Shown here piece by piece: positions 1 through 9,240 of a stretch of DNA of 64,000 nucleotides. Under the pieces are notes generated by a model. It ran no database searches. It was not told the DNA's origin and was given only the letters and a program-made list of their open reading frames with translations. The position numbers and the translations under genes were made by a program. Numbering within the stretch: position 1 is the stretch's first letter; each line of letters starts with the position of its first letter. The stretch comes from Bacillota bacterium (lineage in GTDB: Bacteria > Bacillota > Sulfobacillia > Symbiobacteriales > Symbiobacteriaceae): positions 3,511 through 67,510 of the forward strand of contig JAMNXV010000137.1 in the NCBI GenBank assembly GCA_023623185.1, read 5' to 3'.

Positions 1-1424
1 AGACCGGCCACAACCGGCCTCACCTTCACGGTGAAGTCCTCCACGACCAGTACGCTCAGCTGGCCGTTATCGCTGCGCACCGCCGCCGCCGGGACGACGA
101 TCGTGTCATGCCGCTCGGCCGTGGCGATGATCACCTCGGCGTTCAGACCCGCCCGGAGGAGCCGGTCGCGGTTGGCCACCTCGCCCTCCACCTGGAAGGA
201 CGGGGCTCCGCCGGTCATCGTCGCCTGCGCGGCCACGCGGGTCACCCGCCCCTCGAACCATTCGCCCGGTGCCGCGTTGGTCTCAACGGAGAGCGGCTGA
301 TCCGGCTGCACCTTGGTGATATCCAGTTCATCCACGTGGGCCGTCACCTTCAGGGCATCCAGGTCGCCGATGGTGAGGAGAAGCTGCGTCTCCTGCGCCG
401 GCAGGCCGTCCTGAATGGCCACCGCCAGCACCGTGCCCGCGGCCGGGGCGGTCAGCTCTGCCTGCGCCAGCTTCTCCTGCATGGCGGCCAGGCTTTCGCG
501 CGCCGCCTGCAGCTCGATCTCGGCCGCCCGCACCTGCTCGGCCACCGTGCCGCCGCTCGCGGCCTCCATCTCCGCGAGCTGCAGGGCGATGCGGGCCGCC
601 TCCACCTGGCTGGCGGCCAGCTCAACGGCCACCGGGTTGTCGCCGCTCACCCGGGCGTATTCGGCCTCCGCGGCCGCCAGTTCGTCATACGCCGCCCGCA
701 GCTGCGCAGCGGCCTGTGAAGCCGCCTCCTGGCTCTGCCGCAGGACCTCGTCGTAGGCCGCCCGGGCCCGTTCGTAAGCCGCGCGCAGGCTCGGATTGGC
801 GGGATCGGCCTTGAAGGCCTCCTCCGCCTCCAGCAGAGCGGCCCGCGCTGCGGCGACCTGCTCCGCCCCCTCGGCGCTGCGATTCTGCAGCGTCGTCAGG
901 TTCACGCGCGCCTGCTCCAGGCGGGTGCGCAGCAGGTCGTCCTGCCGCAGAACCGTCTCGAGGTTGTCCTCGGCCTGCAGGAGCTGCGCCCGCGCCTGGG
1001 CCAGCCGCTGATTCAGCTGCAGCGGCGCCTCCTGCTGCTGCAGCCTCAGGGCCGCCAGCGACGACTCCATCCGGGCCACCTGGGCCTCCTGCGCGGAGAC
1101 CTGAAGGGCCAGATCCGTGGCGTCCAGGATTGCCACCACCTGACCAGCCGACACCTGGTCGCCAATGCCCACCTGCAGGGTCACCGACTTGGTGGCGAAG
1201 GGCGCCCGGATCTCATGCACATCCCTGGCTTCGAGAATCCCCGGTGCGACCACCTCCTGCTGGAGGCTGCCCTTCTGCACGGTCTGCACCCGCACAAGCG
1301 GGGCGCCGGCGGGCCCCTGCGAGCCGCGCCCTCCGCCCGCCGCAGGCAGGTTCTTCAGGTTGACAGCCACAAGCACGGCCACCGCCACGAGGAGCGCGGC
1401 CGCGATCAATCCTTTACGTCTCAC
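1..1424 (-). CDS. Efflux periplasmic adaptor / HlyD-family membrane fusion protein (YknX-like), runs off the window edge
   Basis: Not in ORF track; translated by hand from GTG at 1424 after AAGGAGG: MRRKGLIAAALLVAVAVLV anchor, lipoyl-like halves (IRAPF..GDQVSAGQVVAILD; LTAPAAGTV), long coiled coil, VDELDITKVQPDQ. Confidence 0.88.
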   Translation of the reverse strand, partial: MRRKGLIAAALLVAVAVLVAVNLKNLPAAGGGRGSQGPAGAPLVRVQTVQKGSLQQEVVAPGILEARDVHEIRAPFATKSVTLQVGIGDQVSAGQVVAILDATDLALQVSAQEAQVARMESSLAALRLQQQEAPLQLNQRLAQARAQLLQAEDNLETVLRQDDLLRTRLEQARVNLTTLQNRSAEGAEQVAAARAALLEAEEAFKADPANPSLRAAYERARAAYDEVLRQSQEAASQAAAQLRAAYDELAAAEAEYARVSGDNPVAVELAASQVEAARIALQLAEMEAASGGTVAEQVRAAEIELQAARESLAAMQEKLAQAELTAPAAGTVLAVAIQDGLPAQETQLLLTIGDLDALKVTAHVDELDITKVQPDQPLSVETNAAPGEWFEGRVTRVAAQATMTGGAPSFQVEGEVANRDRLLRAGLNAEVIIATAERHDTIVVPAAAVRSDNGQLSVLVVEDFTVKVRPVVAG

Positions 1425-1436
1425 GCCCGCTCCTCC

Positions 1437-2165
1437 TTAGTTCATCGTCATAAAGGCGCTGCCCAGTGCACCGGACGCCGCGCTGAAGAGCGTGGTCACC
1501 ACGAACAGCGTGACCGGCAGGGCCCACCCCTTGCGGGGCTCGCGGTCGAAGAGGGCGGCGAAGCCGATGCCGAGCAGGATGTAGTACCAGATGTGCAGCG
1601 GGTTGATTGCGCCGAGCAGGCCGATCAGCCCCAGGCTGGCCGTGTCGGGGAGGAAGGCCGCGGCGCTCAGGTTGAGCTGCTGCCCCGTGATGCCCGAGAA
1701 GACCCCCGCCAGGAGATTGTGAATGGCCAGGGGCATGCGCGCGTAGCCGACCATCCCCATGTAGGACTTGAGCGACACGCCGCCCCCCTGGAACTGACCA
1801 AAGAACATCGCGACCAGAGAGACAAAGAAGCCGGCGAGCCAGGGACCGATCAGCGCGTTGAAACCCAGCGTCAGCGCCACGCTCCAGCGCGCCATGGTGC
1901 GCGCGAGTTCCAGGTCGATCTCCTCGCCCGCAGACATCGCGCTGATTGTCTGCATCTGCACCATCTCGGTCATCTCCAGCGTGGGACCGAAGGCGAGGAT
2001 CATCAACACCACGCCCGCCAGCATGTGGACCAGGTAGGGAACCAGCACCGGCGGGTTTGCAGCCATGGCCCGGAAGGTCGCCGCCGGATCCGTCAACACG
2101 CGCACGACGGCCCGCCAGGGCGAAATGCGCGGTTCTCCACTCCTGTTCAGCATGGACTCGCTCAC
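1437..2165 (-). CDS. Yip1-family membrane protein (YknW-like)
   Basis: VLTDPAATFRAM N-terminal motif, about 5 TM helices, INPLHIW motif, directly upstream of the adaptor gene. Confidence 0.85.
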   Translation of the reverse strand: MSESMLNRSGEPRISPWRAVVRVLTDPAATFRAMAANPPVLVPYLVHMLAGVVLMILAFGPTLEMTEMVQMQTISAMSAGEEIDLELARTMARWSVALTLGFNALIGPWLAGFFVSLVAMFFGQFQGGGVSLKSYMGMVGYARMPLAIHNLLAGVFSGITGQQLNLSAAAFLPDTASLGLIGLLGAINPLHIWYYILLGIGFAALFDREPRKGWALPVTLFVVTTLFSAASGALGSAFMTMN

Positions 2166-2183
2166 GCTCTCAACCTCCTATAC

Positions 2184-2210
2184 GACGAAACAGAATAGGA
2201 ACAGGTTTCC
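2184..2210 (-). promoter_or_regulatory. ECF sigma (SigW/SigM-type) promoter candidate
   Basis: Minus strand GGAAAC-N17-CGTC(GTA) just before the RBS of the yknW-like gene. Confidence 0.55.
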
Positions 2211-2306
2211 CCTGCCAATTCCTTTTGTGAGACCAGTTCATGGGCCTGAATGGTTCGCCAAAAGGTGAAACCGTTCACCTATGCTATGAAAGTACGACGT
2301 TGATGA

Positions 2307-2337
2307 CAAAAGACCCCCTTCACGTTGGAAGGGGGAT
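2307..2337 (-). terminator. Rho-independent terminator
   Basis: Minus strand ATCCCCCTTC-caacgt-GAAGGGGGT-CTTTT after the 2354 gene. Confidence 0.75.
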
Positions 2338-2353
2338 TTATGAGAAAAACCCG

Positions 2354-2725
2354 TCACGCCTTCCAGGGAATGCCCGCTACCACCAGCGCCAGCGATGCGG
2401 CGAAGGCCCAGAAGCCGGAGGCGGGCACGGCCCGCTTCTGCCGGGCGCGGCCGAAATGGGCCACCAGCAGGGCCAGCACCATCGTCGCAGGGTGGACGTA
2501 GGCGAAAAAGGCATTGAGCCTCCATCCGGTCTCCAGCACCCAGATCAGGAGCCCGATCAGCACCTGCACATCCAGGGCCACCGTATAGAACAGGCCGGCC
2601 CGGCCGCCCCACCCGTCCAGGCCCCGGTCGCCGGCCAGCCGGGCCCCGGCGAGCGCCGCCACCGCACCGATCAGGACGATCCAGCGCATCAGGCCGTGCG
2701 CCGCGATCAGGAAAAACAGCAACAT
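2354..2725 (-). CDS. Small 4-TM membrane protein with two His (possible cytochrome b-like)
   Basis: ATG after GGGAGG; AHGLMRW and YVHP motifs in hydrophobic helices. Confidence 0.7.
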   Translation of the reverse strand: MLLFFLIAAHGLMRWIVLIGAVAALAGARLAGDRGLDGWGGRAGLFYTVALDVQVLIGLLIWVLETGWRLNAFFAYVHPATMVLALLVAHFGRARQKRAVPASGFWAFAASLALVVAGIPWKA

Positions 2726-2859
2726 CGAAGTGACCTCCCGAAACTTTCTTGTTTTCTTGTTCTCCCTCCTCACCTCTCGTTCCTTCCATAAATCCCCGCC
2801 GTTCTGCAGGAAATGTGCATAAGTATAGAGAAGACTGCCGGGTCAAAGGGGGGATCACG

Positions 2860-3663
2860 ATGGGGGATGCGGCAAGGGTGCCGGACTGCCGTGAGGTGGC
2901 TGCGGCGCTCGACCGGCATCTGCGCACAGACACGTTCCCGCTGGGCATCCGGGTCTTCCGCGGGGCCGAGCCGCTGCCCGACCGGGTGCGGCGACCATGG
3001 CGCGATATGGGAATCAAGATCGCCATCTGCCAGGGCATCGGCATGGCCCGGCGCTACGGCTGGGCGATCGCCATGGGGCCCGAGGATCTGAGCTGCCCCA
3101 TCGCACAGGTAGCCTTCGGTTTCCAGCCGGCGATTCCCTACTACACCGAGGGCAATCTCGCGGCGGGCATGTACGTGGAAACGTGCGGGCTGGGCGCCCT
3201 CACGGAGCAGGAGGTTCCCAAGTTCACGCCGGAAGAGGCGGGCACGGTGGTGGTGGCGCCGCTCGCCCGGTGCACGTTCGAACCCGAAACCCTGCTCATC
3301 TACGGCAACTCGGCCCAGGTGATGCGGGCGGTCACCGGCGCGCTGTGGAAAACCGGCGGTGCGCTCACCTCCACCACCACGGCCCGGGCCGACTGCGCCG
3401 ACATCGTCATCCGCACCGCCCGGGAGGGGAAGCCCCAGTTCATCCTGCCCTGCCTGGGCGACCGGATCTTCGGCCAGACCCAGGACCACGAGATGGCGTT
3501 CACCATCCCCTGGTCGCAGGTGGGCGACCTGCTGGAGGGGCTGGAGGGCACGCACAAGGGGGGCGTGCGCTACCCGATTCCCGCCTTCCTGCGCTACACG
3601 CCCGAGTTCCCCGCGACCTACCAGGAGCTGCAGCGCCGCTGGGACGAAGGGGAGACGTCGTAG
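2860..3663 (+). CDS. DUF169 family protein
   Basis: AICQGIGMARRYGW, LSCP, ADCAD, LPCLGDR cysteine motifs. Confidence 0.85.
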   Translation: MGDAARVPDCREVAAALDRHLRTDTFPLGIRVFRGAEPLPDRVRRPWRDMGIKIAICQGIGMARRYGWAIAMGPEDLSCPIAQVAFGFQPAIPYYTEGNLAAGMYVETCGLGALTEQEVPKFTPEEAGTVVVAPLARCTFEPETLLIYGNSAQVMRAVTGALWKTGGALTSTTTARADCADIVIRTAREGKPQFILPCLGDRIFGQTQDHEMAFTIPWSQVGDLLEGLEGTHKGGVRYPIPAFLRYTPEFPATYQELQRRWDEGETS

Positions 3664-3716
3664 CATGAACCGGCACGGTCCCGTCCTGCCGGGCGGGACC
3701 GCCGGCGGTCGGGGGG

Positions 3717-4169
3717 ATGCGCTTGCTCCATCTGAGCTGGTCCGATCCATTAGCCTCCGGCGTCTTCTGGCTTCTCATTGTCGTGATCGCGGGCGGCGTC
3801 TCGACCCTGTCACGCCTGGTCTGGCCGGCCGGCGTGATCGTCACGGTCATCGGCATGGTGGCGTTCGGCCCCTGGGCGCTGACCGAGATGCCCGTGATCC
3901 TGATGCTGCTCTACCCGCTCATCGGAACGGCGGCAGGCGCCGCCGGGGCGGCCATCGTGCAGCGCCGGCTCCGCGTCGGGCTGCTGGCGGGGACGTGGCT
4001 CTGTGCGGGCCTCACCGTCCACTACCTGCTGACGCTCACCCCCGGGGCGCACAGCACGGTCGAACTGCTCCCCGGCGCGGGGCTCCTGATCACGTTTCTC
4101 GTGCTCGGTCCGGTCACGGCGGCGCTGCTGCCGCCGGATCAGGGATCGCCCGGACGCGGCGGAGGCTGA
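3717..4169 (+). CDS. Hypothetical membrane protein
   Basis: 150 aa, about 5 hydrophobic segments, followed by a terminator. Confidence 0.65.
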   Translation: MRLLHLSWSDPLASGVFWLLIVVIAGGVSTLSRLVWPAGVIVTVIGMVAFGPWALTEMPVILMLLYPLIGTAAGAAGAAIVQRRLRVGLLAGTWLCAGLTVHYLLTLTPGAHSTVELLPGAGLLITFLVLGPVTAALLPPDQGSPGRGGG

Positions 4170-4201
4170 GGAGCACAGCTCCCCAGCCTCCGCCCTTTTC
4201 T
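4158..4201. terminator. Terminator hairpin between convergent genes
   Basis: GGCGGAGGCTG...CAGCCTCCGCC followed by CTTTTCT. Confidence 0.65.
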
Positions 4202-4211
4202 GCTTCCCTGG

Positions 4212-4613
4212 CTACTGCTTCAGATCAATGAACGCCAGCGTGCAGCGGGAGATGCAGACCAGCCGCCCCTCCTCGTCGGTGATGCGGACCTCCCAGACGC
4301 TGCTCCTGCGGCCGATGTGGACCGGCGTGGCCACCGCCCGCACCGTCCCCTCCCGCTTGGACCGGATGTGGTTCGCATTGATCTCCATCCCCACCACCGT
4401 GCGCCCCTCGCCGGCGTTCAGCGCCGCGCCGATGCTGGCCACGGTCTCGGCCAGGGCCACGGAGGCGCCGCCGTGCAGCAGGCCGAACGGCTGGCGCGTG
4501 CGGTCATCGACGGGCATGGTGGCGGTCACCCGTCCGGGCGACATCTCCTCCAGCACGATGCCCAGCGCGTCCATCAAGGTGCCACCGGTGTACGGCATCT
4601 GTTCCATGTGCAT
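4212..4613 (-). CDS. Hotdog-fold acyl-CoA thioesterase (MenI/YdiI-like)
   Basis: QPFGLLHGGASVALAET and GMEINANH motifs. Confidence 0.9.
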   Translation of the reverse strand: MHMEQMPYTGGTLMDALGIVLEEMSPGRVTATMPVDDRTRQPFGLLHGGASVALAETVASIGAALNAGEGRTVVGMEINANHIRSKREGTVRAVATPVHIGRRSSVWEVRITDEEGRLVCISRCTLAFIDLKQ

Positions 4614-4733
4614 CTGCTCCCTCCGCTTTGCTGCGTCATGAGGTTCGCCGCGCCGCCCTGCACACCCTCTTTCCGACATTCGGCCCGCGTGTGCGCGGAA
4701 GGGCCCGGGAACGCGTCCCGGGCCCCTGGCGAA

Positions 4734-5363
4734 TCAGCCCTCTTCCTGCGCGTCCGCATCGGGCGGCGGCAGTTCGCTCACGCCGCCCATGCGGTCCATT
4801 TCGTCCGGCGACTCCCAGCGCGGCACGGGCGGCTGCCATCCGGGGCCTGAACCGCCCACCTCGGCCCGCCGCACCGGCCAGCCCTGAACCGGGCCGGATT
4901 CCTGCCAGTCCACCCCACTGAGTACCGCCTGAGCGGGCTGCTCCATCTGCTGGTAGAAGCGGTCCAGGTGCGGGAGCGTCCGGCCCATGAGCTGAACGGC
5001 GCTCAGCTGCCGCACGTCCTCCTCCTCCAGGAACCGCTCCAGAGCCTGTTGGGCGCCCTCGTAGCTCTGCTGAATCAGCTGCACCTGGTCGATGATCCCG
5101 CCGACCACCTCCGGCGTTGCCCGGCCCGACAGGGCATAGCGGAGCAGGCCGCCGAGCGCCGTGGTGCCGTACAGCCCCATCATCATGTGCTGGCTCAGGT
5201 CCTGGAAGTGCGGGGCGCCCGCGGCCTGACGGGCGGCGAGCCAGTGGGCGGCGTAAGCAGACTGAATCTCGGGCTGGGCCGCCTGCAGCAGGCCCTGCAT
5301 GCGGGACATGGAACCGGCCACCTGCGCGGGAAGCCGCATCGGGCCTCCCATGGGCATGGGCAT
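4734..5363 (-). CDS. Hypothetical helical Gln/Met-rich protein
   Basis: GC3-biased ORF, GAGGTG RBS before ATG 5363; no recognised family. Confidence 0.7.
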   Translation of the reverse strand: MPMPMGGPMRLPAQVAGSMSRMQGLLQAAQPEIQSAYAAHWLAARQAAGAPHFQDLSQHMMMGLYGTTALGGLLRYALSGRATPEVVGGIIDQVQLIQQSYEGAQQALERFLEEEDVRQLSAVQLMGRTLPHLDRFYQQMEQPAQAVLSGVDWQESGPVQGWPVRRAEVGGSGPGWQPPVPRWESPDEMDRMGGVSELPPPDADAQEEG

Positions 5364-5473
5364 GGTCACCTCGCTCGACACCTCCGGAAGGCTTTACGGA
5401 ACTCCAGCCATCCCCATCTTATGTCGCCTGAAGTGCCCAATACCCTCATTCCACAATCTTCCTGAACCGCGCG

Positions 5474-6982
5474 TCAGTCAGCGATGCGCCACCGGCGCCC
5501 CTGCCGGTCCACCAGGAGCGCGCCGCCGTCCGGCGCGGGCAGCGCCTGCGCCCAGTCACCCGCCTCCGCGGGCGGCACCAGGCGCGCCGCGGCGCCGGTG
5601 GTGAGGTCGAACCGGATCACCATCCGCTCGGGCGCCGTGACCAGGATGAGCCGCGAATCTCCCCGGTCGGTCAGCAGGGCCGCCTGCACGGATTCGGCCT
5701 CGCCCTTCGGCCCGCCGCCCACGACCGCAACCTCCTGCACGACACGGCCGGCGCGGATGCGCACGGCCCCGACCCCCCGGCCCGGCTGTTCCCCGCGCAG
5801 GAGCAGCCACACGGAGCCGTCCGGCGCCGGCGCCACGTAGCGCACCCGGGAAAGCAGCTGCGCGGGCAGGGTGTGGCTCGCCACCCGGCCGCCGGCGATG
5901 CGGTAGAGGCGGCCTGCGTCCACGGCCCACAGCACGCCGTTCTCGTCGAGGGCGGCGTGGCTCACCTGCCCGGAGAGGGCGTGCCGCTCCAGGACGCGGC
6001 CGTCGCCCGCGGCCGCGACCAGGTCGGCGCCCCGGCTGAACCAGAGCCGGCCGTCGTCGCCCACGGCCAGGGCGACGATCGGCGCCGCGCCCGCCGCAAC
6101 CTCATGGGCGCAGCCGGCCGCCAGCCGGTACAGCCGGTAGGTCCCGCCCTCGTCCACGGTGTTCACCCAGGCCGCCCCGCCGGGCGCCGGCAGGATCGTG
6201 TAGCCTTCGAACGCGCCGAGCGTGTAGCCCCTCTGCCCGTCGGAGAAGAGGGGCCGGTTCGGGGAAGTGCGGTCGACCGTCCAGGTGGGCTCGCCCGGAG
6301 CCGGCCAGCGCCGGGCCTCCGGTGCAGGCTCGTCCTGCGTCGGAGCCGCGTCCATCTGCAACTGGTCCCTGATGCGCTGCACCATCACCAGGGCCTCGGC
6401 GCGCGTGGCGGTGCGCTCCAGGCCCACCGATCCGTCCTCGTAGCCCTGCAGCACGCCGAGGTGGACGGCCTCCGCCGCCCAGGCCTGCAGCCAGGTCGGG
6501 TACGAGGCGGCGTCGGGGGCCGCGAGCGCGCGCTGCCCCACCAGGTCCGCGTGGCCGAGCGCCCGCACGGCGGCCAGCACGATCTCCCGGCGCGCGATGG
6601 GCCGGTCCGGCTCGAGCCAGCCGTTGTAATCACTGGTGGGATCGAGCAGGCCGGCGGCCACGGCGGCCTGCACGTGGCCCTGCCGCGCCGACCAGTGGCC
6701 CGCCGCATACGGCGCCGCGTCGCCGGGGCGCGGCCTCAGCCCCAGCGCGCCGGTGAGCATCGTGAAGAACTCGGCCCGGGTGATTGGCTGGTCCGGCCGG
6801 AAACTGCCGTCGGGAAAGCCGGTGAGGTATCCCGCAGACACGCCGGCGGCGATCTGGGCCCGCGCCCAGTGGCCGGCGGTGTCCCACAGTGCGGCGCCCT
6901 GCGTGGCGGGCGGCGTCACCAGGCCAAGAACGGCCAGCGCCGCGAGCGTCGCGGCGGTGCGCTTCAAATGTTTCATCGTCAT
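5474..6982 (-). CDS. S-layer homology (SLH) domain protein with C-terminal beta-propeller-like region
   Basis: Signal peptide; GHWA..GFPDGSFRPDQPITRAEF and GYEDGS...ATRAEA SLH motifs; repeated DG.LW motifs. Confidence 0.88.
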   Translation of the reverse strand: MTMKHLKRTAATLAALAVLGLVTPPATQGAALWDTAGHWARAQIAAGVSAGYLTGFPDGSFRPDQPITRAEFFTMLTGALGLRPRPGDAAPYAAGHWSARQGHVQAAVAAGLLDPTSDYNGWLEPDRPIARREIVLAAVRALGHADLVGQRALAAPDAASYPTWLQAWAAEAVHLGVLQGYEDGSVGLERTATRAEALVMVQRIRDQLQMDAAPTQDEPAPEARRWPAPGEPTWTVDRTSPNRPLFSDGQRGYTLGAFEGYTILPAPGGAAWVNTVDEGGTYRLYRLAAGCAHEVAAGAAPIVALAVGDDGRLWFSRGADLVAAAGDGRVLERHALSGQVSHAALDENGVLWAVDAGRLYRIAGGRVASHTLPAQLLSRVRYVAPAPDGSVWLLLRGEQPGRGVGAVRIRAGRVVQEVAVVGGGPKGEAESVQAALLTDRGDSRLILVTAPERMVIRFDLTTGAAARLVPPAEAGDWAQALPAPDGGALLVDRQGRRWRIAD

Positions 6983-7071
6983 GCAGACCTCCCGTCCACA
7001 TGACGGAGTCCCCAGTCGGTTCGTTTGCGCAATGTGCGAAGTGGGAAAATGTGCTGCGCCGCGCTGCCAGG

Positions 7072-7875
7072 TCAGACCACGGCGCCGCCGTTGGGCGAGA
7101 TCACCTGGCCGGTGATGAAGCCCGCGCGCGGGCCCGCGAGGAAGCGCACCAGCGCCGCCACCTCCTCCGGGGTGCCCAGCCTCCCCGCCGGCACCCGCCT
7201 GAGCCATTCCTCCAGGTCATCCCCCTGCAGAAAGCTGTTCATCTCGGTGTCGATGGCGCCCGGGGCCACCGCGTTCACGGTCACGCCAAAGGCGCCGACC
7301 TCCTGCGCGAGGGCCCGGGTGAAACCGTTCTGACCGGCCTTCACCGCCGAGTACGCGACCTCGCCCGCGGCCCCGGTGATGCCCCAGATGGACGAGATGG
7401 TGATGATGCGACCATACCGCCGCGCCACCATGTGCGGGAGCGCCGCCCGGGTGCAGGCGTACATCCCCGTCAGGTGCACCGCCACCAGGTCGGCCCACTC
7501 CGCCGGGGTGGTGTCCACCAGCAGTTTCTCCAGCGCCGTGCCGGCGTTGTTGACCAGCACGTCGATCCGGCCGAAGCGGTCGACCGTCGCCGCCACCGCG
7601 GCCTCGCAGGCGGCCGGGTCGCGCACGTCCAGCTGGAAGGGCGCCGCCTCACCGCCGGACGCGCGGATGGCCGCCGCCACGGCCTCCGCCTTCTCCCGCT
7701 GCCGGTGGTAGGCCACCATCACCGCGGCGCCCGCGGCGGCGATCTCCAGGGCGATGGCCCGGCCGATGCCCCGGGACGCGCCGGTCACCAGGGCCGCCTG
7801 GCCCGCCAGCTCCCGGGTCGCCGCGGCAGGCTTCTGGGTCGCCGCGGCAAGCTCACGGGTTTCCGCCGCCGTCAT
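7072..7875 (-). CDS. ymfI: SDR oxidoreductase, YmfI/EfpI-like (EF-P 5-aminopentanone reductase) FabG paralog
   Basis: TGASRGIG, NNAG, ISSIWGITGAAGEVAYSAVK (SSIWG..GA..EV.YS..K typical of YmfI). Confidence 0.7.
   Translation of the reverse strand: MTAAETRELAAATQKPAAATRELAGQAALVTGASRGIGRAIALEIAAAGAAVMVAYHRQREKAEAVAAAIRASGGEAAPFQLDVRDPAACEAAVAATVDRFGRIDVLVNNAGTALEKLLVDTTPAEWADLVAVHLTGMYACTRAALPHMVARRYGRIITISSIWGITGAAGEVAYSAVKAGQNGFTRALAQEVGAFGVTVNAVAPGAIDTEMNSFLQGDDLEEWLRRVPAGRLGTPEEVAALVRFLAGPRAGFITGQVISPNGGAVV
7806..7868. repeat. Imperfect 21-bp tandem repeat x3 in the SDR N-terminus
   Basis: Encodes TRELAAA-TQKPAAA-TRELAGQ. Confidence 0.6.
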
Positions 7876-8570
7876 GCGCCGCTCCCTCCCTCTCCCAGCA
7901 GCACCAGGAGGCCGCGCAGGTCGCTGACGGCCACGACCTCGTGGCCGGTGGCGATGCCCGTGCGGTTGACCCAGACTGCTGCCATGCCGGCCGCCTGCGC
8001 GCAGGGCACGTCGTCCCGGAGCGAGGCGGCGCAGTACACGGCCTCGGCCGGGGCGCAGCCCGTCTCAGCCAGGGCGTCACGCAGGAAGGCCGGGTCCGGC
8101 CAGGACGCGCCTGCTGCCGCCGAGGGGCGGATCAACTGGAAGTAGCCTGCAATCTCGAACTCGGCCAGGAACCGGGCCAGCGACGGCGCCCACCGGCCCA
8201 CCGCGCCCAGTGTGAAGCCCCGGCGGCGGAGTTCGGCCAGGACCGGCAGGGTCTCGGCGTGCAGGGACCACCACGCGGCGTACTCGTCCCGGGCCTCGCC
8301 CAGGCGGTTCACCAGGGCCGGGTCCGGACGGCCATGGCCCAGAAGGGGCAGCAGCGCCGACCACAGGGTGCGGTGCCAGGCCCGCTCCTGCTCCGGCGTG
8401 CGCACCGCCTGCCCCGCCTGCCGCACCTCGGCGGGCAGGCCGGCCAGGGCCTCCGCCACCTCCTCCCGGCTTGCGGCGATCCGCTCCCCCTGCAGGATGC
8501 CGGCCAGCAGGTCCGGTTCGTCGGGCCCGTAGGCCAGGGCCTGCGGGGCAAAGAACAGCGCCTTGATCAC
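7872..8570 (-). CDS. HAD-superfamily-fold protein with degenerate catalytic motifs
   Basis: HAD layout (IKALFF..., LAELRRRGFTLG, PDP, DDV..AQAAGM.AVWV); ATGA overlap with ymfI. Confidence 0.8.
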   Translation of the reverse strand: MIKALFFAPQALAYGPDEPDLLAGILQGERIAASREEVAEALAGLPAEVRQAGQAVRTPEQERAWHRTLWSALLPLLGHGRPDPALVNRLGEARDEYAAWWSLHAETLPVLAELRRRGFTLGAVGRWAPSLARFLAEFEIAGYFQLIRPSAAAGASWPDPAFLRDALAETGCAPAEAVYCAASLRDDVPCAQAAGMAAVWVNRTGIATGHEVVAVSDLRGLLVLLGEGGSGA

Positions 8571-8677
8571 GTGCGCCAGACCTCCTCTCACGTACGCTTT
8601 CCACGCCGGGGCAGGGCCATCCTGCAGGAACCGGCAGCCGCCGGCACGAACCCGAATCGGGAAAGGAGAGTGAGCAC

Positions 8678-9079
8678 GTGCGCTTCCGTCCGGACCAGCG
8701 CCCCTCCAAGTGGGGAGCCACGGCCGCCGTGGTCGAACAGCAGCGTGCAGAGGCCGTGGTGGAGTACCTCGCCGCCCTGGAAGGGACCCCGTTCGATGCC
8801 GTCATCCGGCTCTCTGACCTGACGGAGATCAAGGGATACCGCTACGTCCTGCTTCAGGTCAGTCTCGACTTCAGCCACCCCCATTTCCCCCGCATCGCCG
8901 GAACCCTCGACGAGATGGGCGGCAGCGAGTTTCAGCTGATCGTCGTGGAGACGCCTGAGGGCGCCGTCTACCTCATCGTCGACCGGCATAACCTGCCCGA
9001 TGAGGAGATGCGCCCCGACCATCCCCTGCTGCGCCGGCTGGCTCACTGGCTGGGGGCCGCCATCTCGGCGCCCGCCTGA
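8678..9079 (+). CDS. Hypothetical protein
   Basis: GTG after AAAGGAG, strong GC3 codon bias. Confidence 0.7.
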   Translation: MRFRPDQRPSKWGATAAVVEQQRAEAVVEYLAALEGTPFDAVIRLSDLTEIKGYRYVLLQVSLDFSHPHFPRIAGTLDEMGGSEFQLIVVETPEGAVYLIVDRHNLPDEEMRPDHPLLRRLAHWLGAAISAPA

Positions 9080-9240
9080 CGGCCCGCCGCGAAAATCCGA
9101 CCATTCGCCGGGAGTTATTACACTTACTCTGAAGTATCTGCCCAATGATGCGATGTCTGTGTTATACTCGCTTGTGGATAGGCACAAAGGTCCTGTTCCC
9201 GAACCACAAACAGGCATCAAGTGATTAGGCAGATAGGGGG

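Noticed and set aside
9172-9187. Rex operator before the FNR gene
   Set aside because: TTGTG...CACAA spacing is 2 bp shorter than the Rex consensus
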